Source: an uncultured delta proteobacterium
GTDB lineage: Bacteria > Desulfobacterota > Desulfomonilia > UBA1062
Direction of reading: 5' to 3'
Assembly (NCBI GenBank): GCA_963798485.1
Contig: CAWCTR010000014.1
Coordinates: 32,001-96,000 of the forward strand
DNA length: 64,000 nt
In this document: piece after piece, positions 9,650 through 18,151 of the stretch
Numbering within the stretch: position 1 is the stretch's first letter
Layout: every line of letters begins with the position of its first letter
Position numbers and translations under genes: made by a program
The notes under the pieces: generated by a model
What the model saw: the letters and a program-made list of their open reading frames with translations, nothing else
The model's database searches: none
What the model was told of the DNA's origin: nothing

Positions 9650-10933
9650 TCACCCCCTGCTGCCTGCGGCCAGGGCTGTCCTTAAAGACTCCATGGCCTG
9701 CTTGTGCTCCGGACTCGCATAGCCCTCATCAGGGCTTATCAGCTCACTTAAGGACTTGATGAAAAGCGGCATCACGGTTGTTGCCAGGGGCTTGATGGCA
9801 GCAACCACATCGGGGACCATCCATTGGACAGTTCTTTTGATCTCTTCGGAATCCAAGGAATCTACTACCCCGCTCAAGGTGTTGCTTACGATGTCCGGCT
9901 TGGCATCATGGATCCTGTTCGCGACCCTGCATGCAGTATTCACGAGGCCGGCTATCTCGTAGGTGTCAAGATCCGACATGCTCTCGGATACAGCCGCCTT
10001 CAGGCCATCAGGGTCGATCTCCTCGATGATGCCTAGTTTGCGGGATTGAGCTTTGATGTCGGAGGTCTTCATTGACCCAAGAGATGCCAGGCAGGATAAG
10101 GTTATTTCGGGATTGTCAGTGAGTGCCTCTGCCATGGCATTTGCTATGGCCCCCCTGTCCTGGGCGAATATGATGCGGATCTTTTTCGCCAGCTCCGGGT
10201 CCATCTCAGGGAGGCAGTCATGGAGAAAGTCAGTGAGGTAGATCTGGAACAGGGGCTTGCCGCCCTTTCCGAGCAGGAGGCTGCCGGTGTGGACCCTGCG
10301 GATGACCTCGCATACGGAATTGATGAGCTTTGCGGTGTCCGCGCCGTTGATACCCTTGATGACGGAGAGCATGATGTCTGCCAGCAGGTCGGGGCCGATT
10401 TTCTTCTCGATGGGGACCAGGATCTCTCGGGAACCTTTTATGAAGGTGTTTATAAGTGGGATGATGGTCGCAACCAGGGTACCCACCTTGGCAGGGTATT
10501 TCCAGAGCTGCTCGTTGAAAGCCTCCAGGGTCTTGATCACGTACGGGTCCGATCCTTCAACCATCTCCCTGATCTCGCCGAAGTCGGTATTCTTCAGGAA
10601 GCTGTGGATGGCATCACCGCGCGTTCCGATGCGACAGGCGGTATCAGCCGCATGGTCGGCATTGACCTTCTTCGCCCATACGGTCAGGAGCCTGCCCACA
10701 TCGGCTGATATACCTTTATTGTTCCCATTTTTGCCCGGCCGCAGGAGTCTTGACACGATCCATTTGGCGCTAGGGGCAATCCTGGCCCTGATACCACCCT
10801 TGTCCGCCCATGAGTTGATAAGGTCTTTAACGAGCTCGGCAAGTAAGGTCTTGGTGCCCGAAGCACGTATGATCTCTGTGATGATCCTGGCAGAGACCTG
10901 TGCAAGTTCATCTTTATTTTCAGTGGTATTCAT
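9650..10933 (-). CDS. Hypothetical alpha-helical repeat protein
   Basis: 427-aa ORF co-oriented inside the operon, GGGAGG SD; internal repeat shared with the two smaller ORFs upstream. Confidence 0.75.
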   Translation of the reverse strand: MNTTENKDELAQVSARIITEIIRASGTKTLLAELVKDLINSWADKGGIRARIAPSAKWIVSRLLRPGKNGNNKGISADVGRLLTVWAKKVNADHAADTACRIGTRGDAIHSFLKNTDFGEIREMVEGSDPYVIKTLEAFNEQLWKYPAKVGTLVATIIPLINTFIKGSREILVPIEKKIGPDLLADIMLSVIKGINGADTAKLINSVCEVIRRVHTGSLLLGKGGKPLFQIYLTDFLHDCLPEMDPELAKKIRIIFAQDRGAIANAMAEALTDNPEITLSCLASLGSMKTSDIKAQSRKLGIIEEIDPDGLKAAVSESMSDLDTYEIAGLVNTACRVANRIHDAKPDIVSNTLSGVVDSLDSEEIKRTVQWMVPDVVAAIKPLATTVMPLFIKSLSELISPDEGYASPEHKQAMESLRTALAAGSRG

Positions 10934-10938
10934 CCTTA

Positions 10939-11613
10939 TTAACCTCCCGAGTCATCTATTTCTGATTCAGCTCTCGCCTTTTTCCCTGCTTCAGATAAAT
11001 ACGATTCGAACATGGTGTTGCTGAGCGAAGTGAGCATGCCGATGGCCTCTTCCCGGGTAAATTTCTCCTCCATGAGAAAGCTGTGGCCGAGGTGCATGGC
11101 CATGCCTACCACTGCATAGGCCAGGGTATGGGGATTCACCTTGGCGATGATGCCGATATCCAGCCATACCTGGATGTCATCGGCCAGGTCCTGGGCGATG
11201 TCGCTGTAGTGGCGCCATACATTTCCGTCCAGTTCCTCGTCGATGCCGAAGCTGCCGCGAAGCAGGATGAGGAACTGCTGGCGGTGGCTGTTGATGTAGT
11301 CGAAATAGGCGGTATAAGTCTCATCGAGTTTTGCCAGGCGATCGATGCGATCCCATATGTTCACCGGTTCCCGGAGCTTCTTGATGCGGGCCCTGAAGTC
11401 TTCGAAATTCCGGGAGGTGAGCTGTTCGAACAGGTCTCTCTTGTCCTTGAAGTAATTATAAAAGGTGCCGGCTGACATGCCAGCAGCCTTGACGATGTCC
11501 ATGACCTGGGTGTTGTGGTACCCGTGCTGGCTGAAAAGCTCCTCAGCCGCCTCGATGATCATGTCCTTGGTGTACTGTCGTTTTTTCTCTATAAGACTAG
11601 CCATCTGTTCCAT
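10939..11613 (-). CDS. TetR/AcrR-family transcriptional regulator
   Basis: IIEAAEELFSQHGYHNTQVMDIVKAAGMSAGTFYNYFKDKRDLF helix-turn-helix. Confidence 0.93.
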   Translation of the reverse strand: MEQMASLIEKKRQYTKDMIIEAAEELFSQHGYHNTQVMDIVKAAGMSAGTFYNYFKDKRDLFEQLTSRNFEDFRARIKKLREPVNIWDRIDRLAKLDETYTAYFDYINSHRQQFLILLRGSFGIDEELDGNVWRHYSDIAQDLADDIQVWLDIGIIAKVNPHTLAYAVVGMAMHLGHSFLMEEKFTREEAIGMLTSLSNTMFESYLSEAGKKARAESEIDDSGG

Positions 11614-11637
11614 TTCCTCGCCGATAATTTAAACTGT

Positions 11638-11720
11638 GTAGGAGCGCCTTCAGGCGCGATAAGCAACGGCCGCAGCTTTAAGCCGTATCTGCTCTCCATC
11701 GCGGCTTAAGCCGCTCCTAC
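11638..11720. repeat. GTAG-family REP pair (REPIN)
   Basis: gtaggagcgccttcaggcgcgat ... atcgcggcttaagccgctcctac; a second copy lies at 17423-17477. Confidence 0.85.
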
Positions 11721-12370
11721 GATTTATTCAATCTTTTGCGAACCCTGCCTTTTACAAGCTGCCATGCCCACGAGATGAGGCGCCACTTCTGGTCAAGGAA
11801 TGCCCCGGCCAGGGTAAGGGAGGCCTTGCTGACCTCCGGGCCGTCGATGTTCCTGAGCACCGAAGCGATGAAGGTGCTGAAGGCCTGCGGATTGTTATGG
11901 GTTACCGCGTTGACGAACCGCGCCAGGGAGTTGATGGCCCCTGCCTTTATCTTGGGGCCTGAAGAGAGGATGAATCCCGCGGCAGCCTGCCTGAGTTCAG
12001 GTGATGCACTCCACAGGGAAGAGAGCAACTCCATCCATCTTTTTCCGCATTGTCTGGCTGCATCCTTGTCGATGTCCTCGGCCAGGCTCATGAGGAACGA
12101 TTTCAGCATCTCGGGGGGATACTTGTCTTTGAGCTGGACGGCGAGCTCAGTGAATGCACTGATCAGGGTATTGATAAGCACGGGCAGGCTGCTGATGAGG
12201 TCGAAGAAGACCTCAGGGTCCTGGCCGAGAAGGGTTTTCACCATCTGACTGCCGGTTTTGGGATCCATCTCGTTCAGGTTCACCCTGAGTATGTCCTTAA
12301 ACAGGGGAGAACGGATGAGCTCTCTCAAGATGCCTGACCTATCCCTGGTGGGTGATTCCCTATGCATCAT
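11717..12370 (-). CDS. Hypothetical protein (paralogue of 12367-12798)
   Basis: ELIRSPLFKD.LR..L..MDP.TGSQMVKTLLGQDPEV aligns by eye with ELFAKTAFKDSLRLFLKSIDPDSSPQLVRTLLGTDIEV. Confidence 0.75.
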   Translation of the reverse strand: MMHRESPTRDRSGILRELIRSPLFKDILRVNLNEMDPKTGSQMVKTLLGQDPEVFFDLISSLPVLINTLISAFTELAVQLKDKYPPEMLKSFLMSLAEDIDKDAARQCGKRWMELLSSLWSASPELRQAAAGFILSSGPKIKAGAINSLARFVNAVTHNNPQAFSTFIASVLRNIDGPEVSKASLTLAGAFLDQKWRLISWAWQLVKGRVRKRLNKS

Positions 12371-12798
12371 AAACCCCCCTTATCCTGGACAGACTTTCCC
12401 TCCATGGCCCTTAAGGCAACCAGGAAGACAGGTTCCAGATCCTTACCCAGGTCCCTTATTTCCGTGATGAGACGGGCAAGGGTATCCTTGTCTATGTCTT
12501 GAAGGAGCGATTCCACAAAGCCTGCAAGCAAAGGCGGTGGGAACTTCCCTCGCACCTGCACGACGAGCTCCATGCCTGCCTTGATAAAGCAATTCGCGAT
12601 AGCAGGAAGCGCCCCCACCACGGCCAGGGGCACCTCGATATCCGTGCCCAGCAATGTTCGTACGAGCTGTGGGCTGCTGTCCGGATCTATGCTCTTCAGG
12701 AAAAGGCGAAGGCTGTCTTTGAAGGCGGTCTTTGCGAAAAGCTCTTCGAGGACCCTGCTCCTGGATTCGATCAATCCTGTGTTCGTGGTTTCTTCCAT
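12367..12798 (-). CDS. Hypothetical protein (paralogue of 11717-12370)
   Basis: GAGGTG SD; overlapping start/stop with the next gene; shared motif. Confidence 0.75.
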   Translation of the reverse strand: MEETTNTGLIESRSRVLEELFAKTAFKDSLRLFLKSIDPDSSPQLVRTLLGTDIEVPLAVVGALPAIANCFIKAGMELVVQVRGKFPPPLLAGFVESLLQDIDKDTLARLITEIRDLGKDLEPVFLVALRAMEGKSVQDKGGL

Positions 12799-12807
12799 GG
12801 CATCACC

Positions 12808-14082
12808 TCACAGGGTTTCACAGTTGAAAAAGTATCTGGCGGCCTCCATCTGGCAGAGCTGCTTGCCGCCCATCCAGAGCTGAACGATCTTCACATCCCG
12901 CCAGTGCTTCTCGATGTCCCAGTCGCGGTCTGCACCATAGTGACCGAGCACGTCCATGGCCTTGCCGAAGCATTCGATGGCCCGGTCGGACACGAAGTCC
13001 TTGATGTTGCGGATCCTTCCCACCACGTCTTCCGAGATCAGCGGCTTGCCATAGGGCTTGTTCCTGCGGTCGCCGATCATGGCCGCCTCATGACCGAGGA
13101 TGCGGCAGATGTCGATGTCGCCGGCAATACGACCGATAATGGCGGCAATGGCATCATTTTCCTTTAAGGGACGATTGTTGTAGGTTCGGGTAGACACAAA
13201 TTCGTACAGTCTTTCATACAGGTTCAGCATGGCGCCGGTAAGGAACGAACAGCTCATGACCTGTCCGAAGGATATGAGCTGGTAAAAGGCCTCGGCGTCT
13301 TTGCCCGGACCGTGTGCCCGGTACCAGCTGGGTACGCGGACATCCTCGAACCATATATCGCCGTTCTTATCCGCAGCCATGCCCGCCTTTTCGTAGGCCC
13401 CGCCCTGGGTAACACCCGGTAAGTCGGCAGGGACAAAGATAAAGGCAAAATCCTTAGGGTCGCTGGAGCCGAGCTTGGTGGTGCATGGAACGCCGAAGAG
13501 CTTCGAGACCCCGCCGGAGTTCGTGGGCCAGAGCTTATGGCCGTTGATCACCCATTCGTCACCATCGAGGCGGGCCGTGGTGCGGATGGTTTTGCCTCCC
13601 AGCAGGCCAAGGTTCTCGATGTCAGCCCCGCCTTGTGGCTCGGTCATGGCATTGGCTGCAAACACGGCCTTCTTTGCATTGCAGAACATGGGTGCAAACT
13701 CGGCTATGAGCCGCTCGTTCTCGTAGGGCTCCACCATGATCACGAGCAGGGGCCAGAAGGTTACGGCCAGTGCCACTGCCATGCCCGTATCCGCCCTTCC
13801 GAGCTCCTCGCAGAGCATGTACCCAACCCGGAAGACATAATCTGACTTTGCCAAGCCCCAACCGCCGTACTCCTGGGGAAAGAGAGATTTTTGAAGACCC
13901 AGGTCGGCCATGAGTTTGTCAAAGGCGGGTTCTATGAAGTGGTGGTCCTTCCAGTCCTCGTCGTATTTGCGGCGCTCGGGCATGACCCATTCATCAATAT
14001 GCTTCCTGATGAGGCGCCTGAAATGCTTGTCGAAGGGGGATATGTATTCCTCGGGGCGTGAAAATTCATCGAAATGGTTCAT
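12808..14082 (-). CDS. Acyl-CoA dehydrogenase family protein
   Basis: AMTEPQGGAD, WVINGHKLWPTN, FEDVRVP, GHYGADRDWDIEKHWRDVK. Confidence 0.92.
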   Translation of the reverse strand: MNHFDEFSRPEEYISPFDKHFRRLIRKHIDEWVMPERRKYDEDWKDHHFIEPAFDKLMADLGLQKSLFPQEYGGWGLAKSDYVFRVGYMLCEELGRADTGMAVALAVTFWPLLVIMVEPYENERLIAEFAPMFCNAKKAVFAANAMTEPQGGADIENLGLLGGKTIRTTARLDGDEWVINGHKLWPTNSGGVSKLFGVPCTTKLGSSDPKDFAFIFVPADLPGVTQGGAYEKAGMAADKNGDIWFEDVRVPSWYRAHGPGKDAEAFYQLISFGQVMSCSFLTGAMLNLYERLYEFVSTRTYNNRPLKENDAIAAIIGRIAGDIDICRILGHEAAMIGDRRNKPYGKPLISEDVVGRIRNIKDFVSDRAIECFGKAMDVLGHYGADRDWDIEKHWRDVKIVQLWMGGKQLCQMEAARYFFNCETL

Positions 14083-14092
14083 GATTTCCTCC

Positions 14093-15334
14093 CTAGATCT
14101 CAGTGCAGTTGAAAAAGAAACGGGCAGTGTCCATCTTCACCGGGGCCTCGGCGCCGACGCCGCAGAGCACGGACTGTATGGTCTTCACATCCCTCCAGTG
14201 TTTTTCCACGTGCCACTCCTTGGAATATCCTGCAGAGCCCATGAGCTCCAGGCCCCGGTTCATGGCTCGAAGAACGCCCTGTTGCGCCCGGCTCCCGATC
14301 ATCTCGGCAAAGGTGAAGGTCCTTGTTATGTTGCCGCCTGACATTTCTCCAGGCCTGGCAATGATCCGGGCCAGGTCGAAGAGCAGCAACTTGGCGAGCG
14401 CGATCTCCTCTGCCACATCCGCTAGAACAGAGGCACACAGGGGATTTTCCTTCAGGGTGGTGCCGCCCTTGATGACCCGTGTTTCTCCCCAATCATTGAT
14501 CAGCTCAAAGAAGTTCACGGCAGCACCGACGCTCACGCCGCCCAGGAACAGGTTGAGCCAGATATAGAACTCCTCTACGATGCCGTCTTCCTCGATAACG
14601 TTTTCCTTGGGGACCTTAACTTCATGGAAGGTCACATCAGTGTTCACACAGGCATTCAGGCCGGTCGTCAGCAACGGTGAGCCCAGGGTAACCCCTTGTG
14701 CATCCGCCGGGACAAAGGCGATGCAGGGCGTGCCCTTTTTCCCGGCACACACAACACAGAAGAGATCGGCCATGAAGCCTGCAAACAGGGGCCTGAGACT
14801 GGTGCCCATGATGGTATATCCATCCTTTACTGCCTTTGCCTCGGCAAGGATTGCCCTGCCTTTAAATAATGGGTGCGTGGTGCCTGCTATACCGGGCCCG
14901 GCAACGATAGGGCAAGGGGTTCTGATATTACTGCCGGTATACGCACGAGCAATAGCGGTAGCGAGTTTCTTGTTAAGATGGTGTTCCATGGCGATCATGG
15001 CAAAGGCAGTGCAGGTTGCCGCTGAGAGCACACCGAGCGCGGCATCGGCCCTGCCGATCTCGGTAAGGATGGTGAGCATTCCCGCTCCATTGGAAAGGCT
15101 GTTCCATCCGAAACCACCGAGATCCGCAGGTATAACAAGTTTCTGGAGGCCGATGTCGAGGTTAAGCTTCTTCCTTTTTTCTTCGAAGAGCCTGTCGTAG
15201 TTCTCCCTGTACTCCATTCTCTTGGAGATGATCTCTTTATCAGCCCACTGCCTGACAAGGCGGACTACGCTTGCGCTTTCGTCATCAATCACCTGCCCCG
15301 GATACACAAAAAGGTCATCCACATTCCTGCTCAT
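14093..15334 (-). CDS. Acyl-CoA dehydrogenase family protein, degenerate (probable partner subunit)
   Basis: IPADLGGFG, EIGRADA, FHEVKVP, GSAGYSKEWHVEKHWRDVK; the FAD-binding TEP..GSD motif is missing. Confidence 0.88.
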   Translation of the reverse strand: MSRNVDDLFVYPGQVIDDESASVVRLVRQWADKEIISKRMEYRENYDRLFEEKRKKLNLDIGLQKLVIPADLGGFGWNSLSNGAGMLTILTEIGRADAALGVLSAATCTAFAMIAMEHHLNKKLATAIARAYTGSNIRTPCPIVAGPGIAGTTHPLFKGRAILAEAKAVKDGYTIMGTSLRPLFAGFMADLFCVVCAGKKGTPCIAFVPADAQGVTLGSPLLTTGLNACVNTDVTFHEVKVPKENVIEEDGIVEEFYIWLNLFLGGVSVGAAVNFFELINDWGETRVIKGGTTLKENPLCASVLADVAEEIALAKLLLFDLARIIARPGEMSGGNITRTFTFAEMIGSRAQQGVLRAMNRGLELMGSAGYSKEWHVEKHWRDVKTIQSVLCGVGAEAPVKMDTARFFFNCTEI

Positions 15335-15552
15335 AATTCCTCCACGTAGTGGTGCTGTGATAAGGTAGTATTTCCATGAATGGCTTGCTCATGCAAAAAA
15401 AAGGTGGCAGAACGGTTATGTCCCCGCACAGAATCCTCCCTTAGGCAATCAGATGCCTCTTTCAGATTAATCACAAAAACAGAGAGTTACCTTTCACCCA
15501 TTGGAGCACATGGAAAAAGGCAATCACCAATAATGAAGATTCACTATCCTGA

Positions 15553-15580
15553 ATAGTAATTATCATTACTCGCTTGTCAA
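15553..15580 (-). promoter_or_regulatory. sigma70-type promoter for the catabolic operon, overlapped by a palindromic candidate TetR operator
   Basis: TTGACA (15580-15575), 16 nt, TACTAT (15558-15553); TGAATAGTAATTATCA (15550-15565) overlaps the -10. Confidence 0.6.
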
Positions 15581-15665
15581 GGGAAGCAAAAAATAAATTT
15601 TTCAAGGAATGTGCATTCAGGGGTTAGCCTTGTTCAGAATACAATTCATATCAAGGTGATTATTG

Positions 15666-16349
15666 TTACGTTAAAGAGGCATTGGCGCTCTGTTGCCTTG
15701 TTATTTCCAGGGCCTTCCTGCCCTCTTCGGTGAGATACGCCTCGAACATGGCGAGAACCATCTTTATCAGGTTTTCAATGATTTCTTTGCGCGTGTACTG
15801 CTTTTCAACAAGATAGTTGTGGATAAGCTGGAGACTCATGCCGATAACGGCAGTCCCGAACATCATAGGGTCTATCCCTTCGATGACCCCCATGTTTATC
15901 CACTTCGCCAGATCTTCGCTTGCATCATAGGCGAAACCCTGAAAATATTTCCATACATTTACATCCAGGTCCGTGTCGATGCCGAAACTCCCCCTCAAGA
16001 TCATAAGGAGCTGTTGGGGGTTGTTGTCAACGTAATCAAAGACAGCGTTAAATGTCGCCAGCAGTGTCTTTGCCCTTTCCTCATGATTCCAGATATCAAC
16101 CGGCTCACGCATGAGCTTTACTGTTATCCTGAGGCTCTCGAGACTTTCCATGGTGATCTGCTCGAAGAGGTCTCTCTTGTCTTTGAAATGATTATAGAAT
16201 GTTCCGGCAGACATGCCCACAGCCTTGACAATGTCCATAACCTGGGTGTTATGGTACCCGTATTTGCTGAAAAGCTCGCATGCAGCCTCGATGATCTTTT
16301 CCTTGGTCTCTTCTCTTCTTTTATCTGATGTCTTTGCCATGTTTTCCAA
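15666..16349 (-). CDS. TetR/AcrR-family transcriptional regulator (paralogue of 10939-11613)
   Basis: Near-identical HTH ELFSKYGYHNTQVMDIVKAVGMSAGTFYNHFKDKRDLFEQ; AAGGAG SD before TTG start. Confidence 0.93.
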   Translation of the reverse strand: MENMAKTSDKRREETKEKIIEAACELFSKYGYHNTQVMDIVKAVGMSAGTFYNHFKDKRDLFEQITMESLESLRITVKLMREPVDIWNHEERAKTLLATFNAVFDYVDNNPQQLLMILRGSFGIDTDLDVNVWKYFQGFAYDASEDLAKWINMGVIEGIDPMMFGTAVIGMSLQLIHNYLVEKQYTRKEIIENLIKMVLAMFEAYLTEEGRKALEITRQQSANASLT

Positions 16350-16391
16350 CTAACTCCTTGAAAGGGAAGCATAAATACATTTTATTGCGGA

Positions 16392-16420
16392 AGAATATGT
16401 CCTAAGGGTCAAGATGTCAA
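16392..16420 (-). promoter_or_regulatory. sigma70-type promoter of the tetR gene
   Basis: TTGACA (16420-16415), 17 nt, TATTCT (16397-16392). Confidence 0.55.
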
Positions 16421-16547
16421 GTCAAATGCTTGTGATGATGTACTCCGTAAGGATATGGACGTCATACTTAATTCATGGTACTCACCTTCGATAGTAATAT
16501 TCAAGCTACTGCAAGCGAAGTCAAAAATTATGTGAGGAAAAAAAGCT

Positions 16548-17312
16548 ATGAGGCGCTTCAGTATTACCGTCACAGTATGTTTTATTCTTGGGTTATTTAT
16601 TGCGGTAGTTGCACCAACGGTTCTATGGTCGGCAGCCCCAATGAAAACTATTGTTATAGCAACAGATGCCACTTGGCCTCCTATGGAGATACTCGATGCC
16701 AACAAAAATATCGTCGGGTTTGACATAGACCTCTTAAATGCCGTGGCCAAAGAGGCAGGATTCAAGGTGGAGCTCAAGAACACCGCGTGGGATGACATCT
16801 TTGGCGGACTTGATCTTGGCAAATATAACGCCATCATCTCGTCGGTCACCATCACGGATGAGCGCAAAAAGAAATACGACTTCTCTTTGCCTTACATCAA
16901 TGCAGGTCAGGTGCTTGTAGTACCCAAGACCACAAAGGGCGTGAAGAAGGTCGCTGACATGAAAGGCAAAAAGATAGGAGCTCAGATCGGTACCACCGGC
17001 GCCATGGAAGTACAGAAAATCAAAACCGTCGAACTCAAGAATTATGACGAGATTGGCCAGGCCTTTGAAGACATGGCTGTGGGCAGGATCGATGGTTTAG
17101 TGTGCTACACGACTGTGGCTGCTGACTATGCATTGCAGAGGGCAGAGTACAAGGCCAAATTCATGATAGTTGGCGAGCCTTTCACCAAAGAACAGTACGG
17201 GATCGTGGTTAAGAAGGGCAACAAGCAGTTGCTCGACCTTCTCAACAAGGGCATCAAGGCAGTGCAGAAAAAAGGCTTAGACAAAGAGATTGAAAAGAAG
17301 TGGCTGAGATAG
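16548..17312 (+). CDS. Polar/basic amino-acid ABC transporter substrate-binding protein (SBP family 3)
   Basis: Signal peptide; ATDATWPPME, GFDIDL, ITDERKKKYDFSLPY, GAQIGTTG, EQYGI. Confidence 0.92.
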   Translation: MRRFSITVTVCFILGLFIAVVAPTVLWSAAPMKTIVIATDATWPPMEILDANKNIVGFDIDLLNAVAKEAGFKVELKNTAWDDIFGGLDLGKYNAIISSVTITDERKKKYDFSLPYINAGQVLVVPKTTKGVKKVADMKGKKIGAQIGTTGAMEVQKIKTVELKNYDEIGQAFEDMAVGRIDGLVCYTTVAADYALQRAEYKAKFMIVGEPFTKEQYGIVVKKGNKQLLDLLNKGIKAVQKKGLDKEIEKKWLR

Positions 17313-17331
17313 GCTTCAGAAAGAAGAAAAA

Positions 17332-17426
17332 GATAGAGGTATCATCCTTGAAGATGTTCACCCGAGCACTTCTTCAAGAATCCTACACATGAGCGTGCAC
17401 AGCAGTTTATGAGGCAGATCCTGTAG
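17332..17426 (+). pseudogene. C-terminal remnant of a GlnQ-like amino-acid ABC ATPase
   Basis: DRGIILED / frameshift / SPEHFFKNPTHERAQQFMRQIL* matches the typical end of polar amino-acid ABC ATPases; no start codon and no permease gene. Confidence 0.75.
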
Positions 17427-17477
17427 GAGCGTTTTCAGGCGTGACTGGACCGGAATCGCGGCTGAAACCGCTCCTAC
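17423..17477. repeat. GTAG-family REP pair (REPIN), copy 2
   Basis: gtaggagcgttttcaggcgtga ... atcgcggctgaaaccgctcctac. Confidence 0.85.
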
Positions 17478-17544
17478 AATATTAGGGTTACAGCTCCTAA
17501 ATCATTGACAACTCCCCAATGTGTATGCCAAAAACATCACCTGT

Positions 17545-17616
17545 GCCAGCGTAGCTCAGTGGTAGAGCAGCTGATTCGTAATCAGCAGGTCCGGGGTTCG
17601 ACCCCCCGCGCTGGCT
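17545..17616 (+). tRNA. tRNA-Thr(CGT)
   Basis: GCCAGCG acceptor stem pairs with CGCTGGC; TAGCTCAGTGGTAGAGC D arm; CTGAT-TCGTA-ATCAG around the anticodon; GGTTCGAC T loop; CCA not encoded. Confidence 0.95.
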
Positions 17617-17676
17617 TAGTATTTAAGCCAATCTATAGACAATTACACAATTCAATTTAATCTACTGGAGGTAGAG

Positions 17677-17796
17677 ATGAAGAAGCTTTTCATGCAAATT
17701 ATAGTTCTCGGCATTCTGGCTGGCGTTGGATACCTTGCTTGTAAAAAGTTTTGCAATAAGGGCAATTGTAGTTGCAGTGGCAAAAAAGAGGCTTAA
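17677..17796 (+). CDS. Small Cys-rich membrane peptide (39 aa)
   Basis: GGAGGT SD; MKKLFMQIIVLGILAGVGYLACKKFCNKGNCSCSGKKEA. Below the ORF-track cutoff. Confidence 0.6.
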   Translation: MKKLFMQIIVLGILAGVGYLACKKFCNKGNCSCSGKKEA

Positions 17797-18151
17797 AACA
17801 TAAATCGTATAAGTTGACTTTCAAATCTTAAAACCAACATATCAGTTCCCACCCTCCTCACATAAAAAATCAGGCCATTTGCTGGCCTGATAAAGAGGAG
17901 GTTCTACGGGGAATGAATCTTGAAGAACCTACTATACTCATCGGCGTAAATCGGATTTGCATGAGTATCGTTATGATCACCCAAATTCTATCGCGTTCCC
18001 CATCTCCACAGAGATCCCACCATTCAAATACGAGGGTACCGGGAGGCATCCACACGATACAGCATTAGAGAGTATATCTGCATTAAATCTTGATCATGGC
18101 CGGGCGGCGATTATATTTAGAAATATACAAAAGGAGCAAAGCGTAAAGGAT

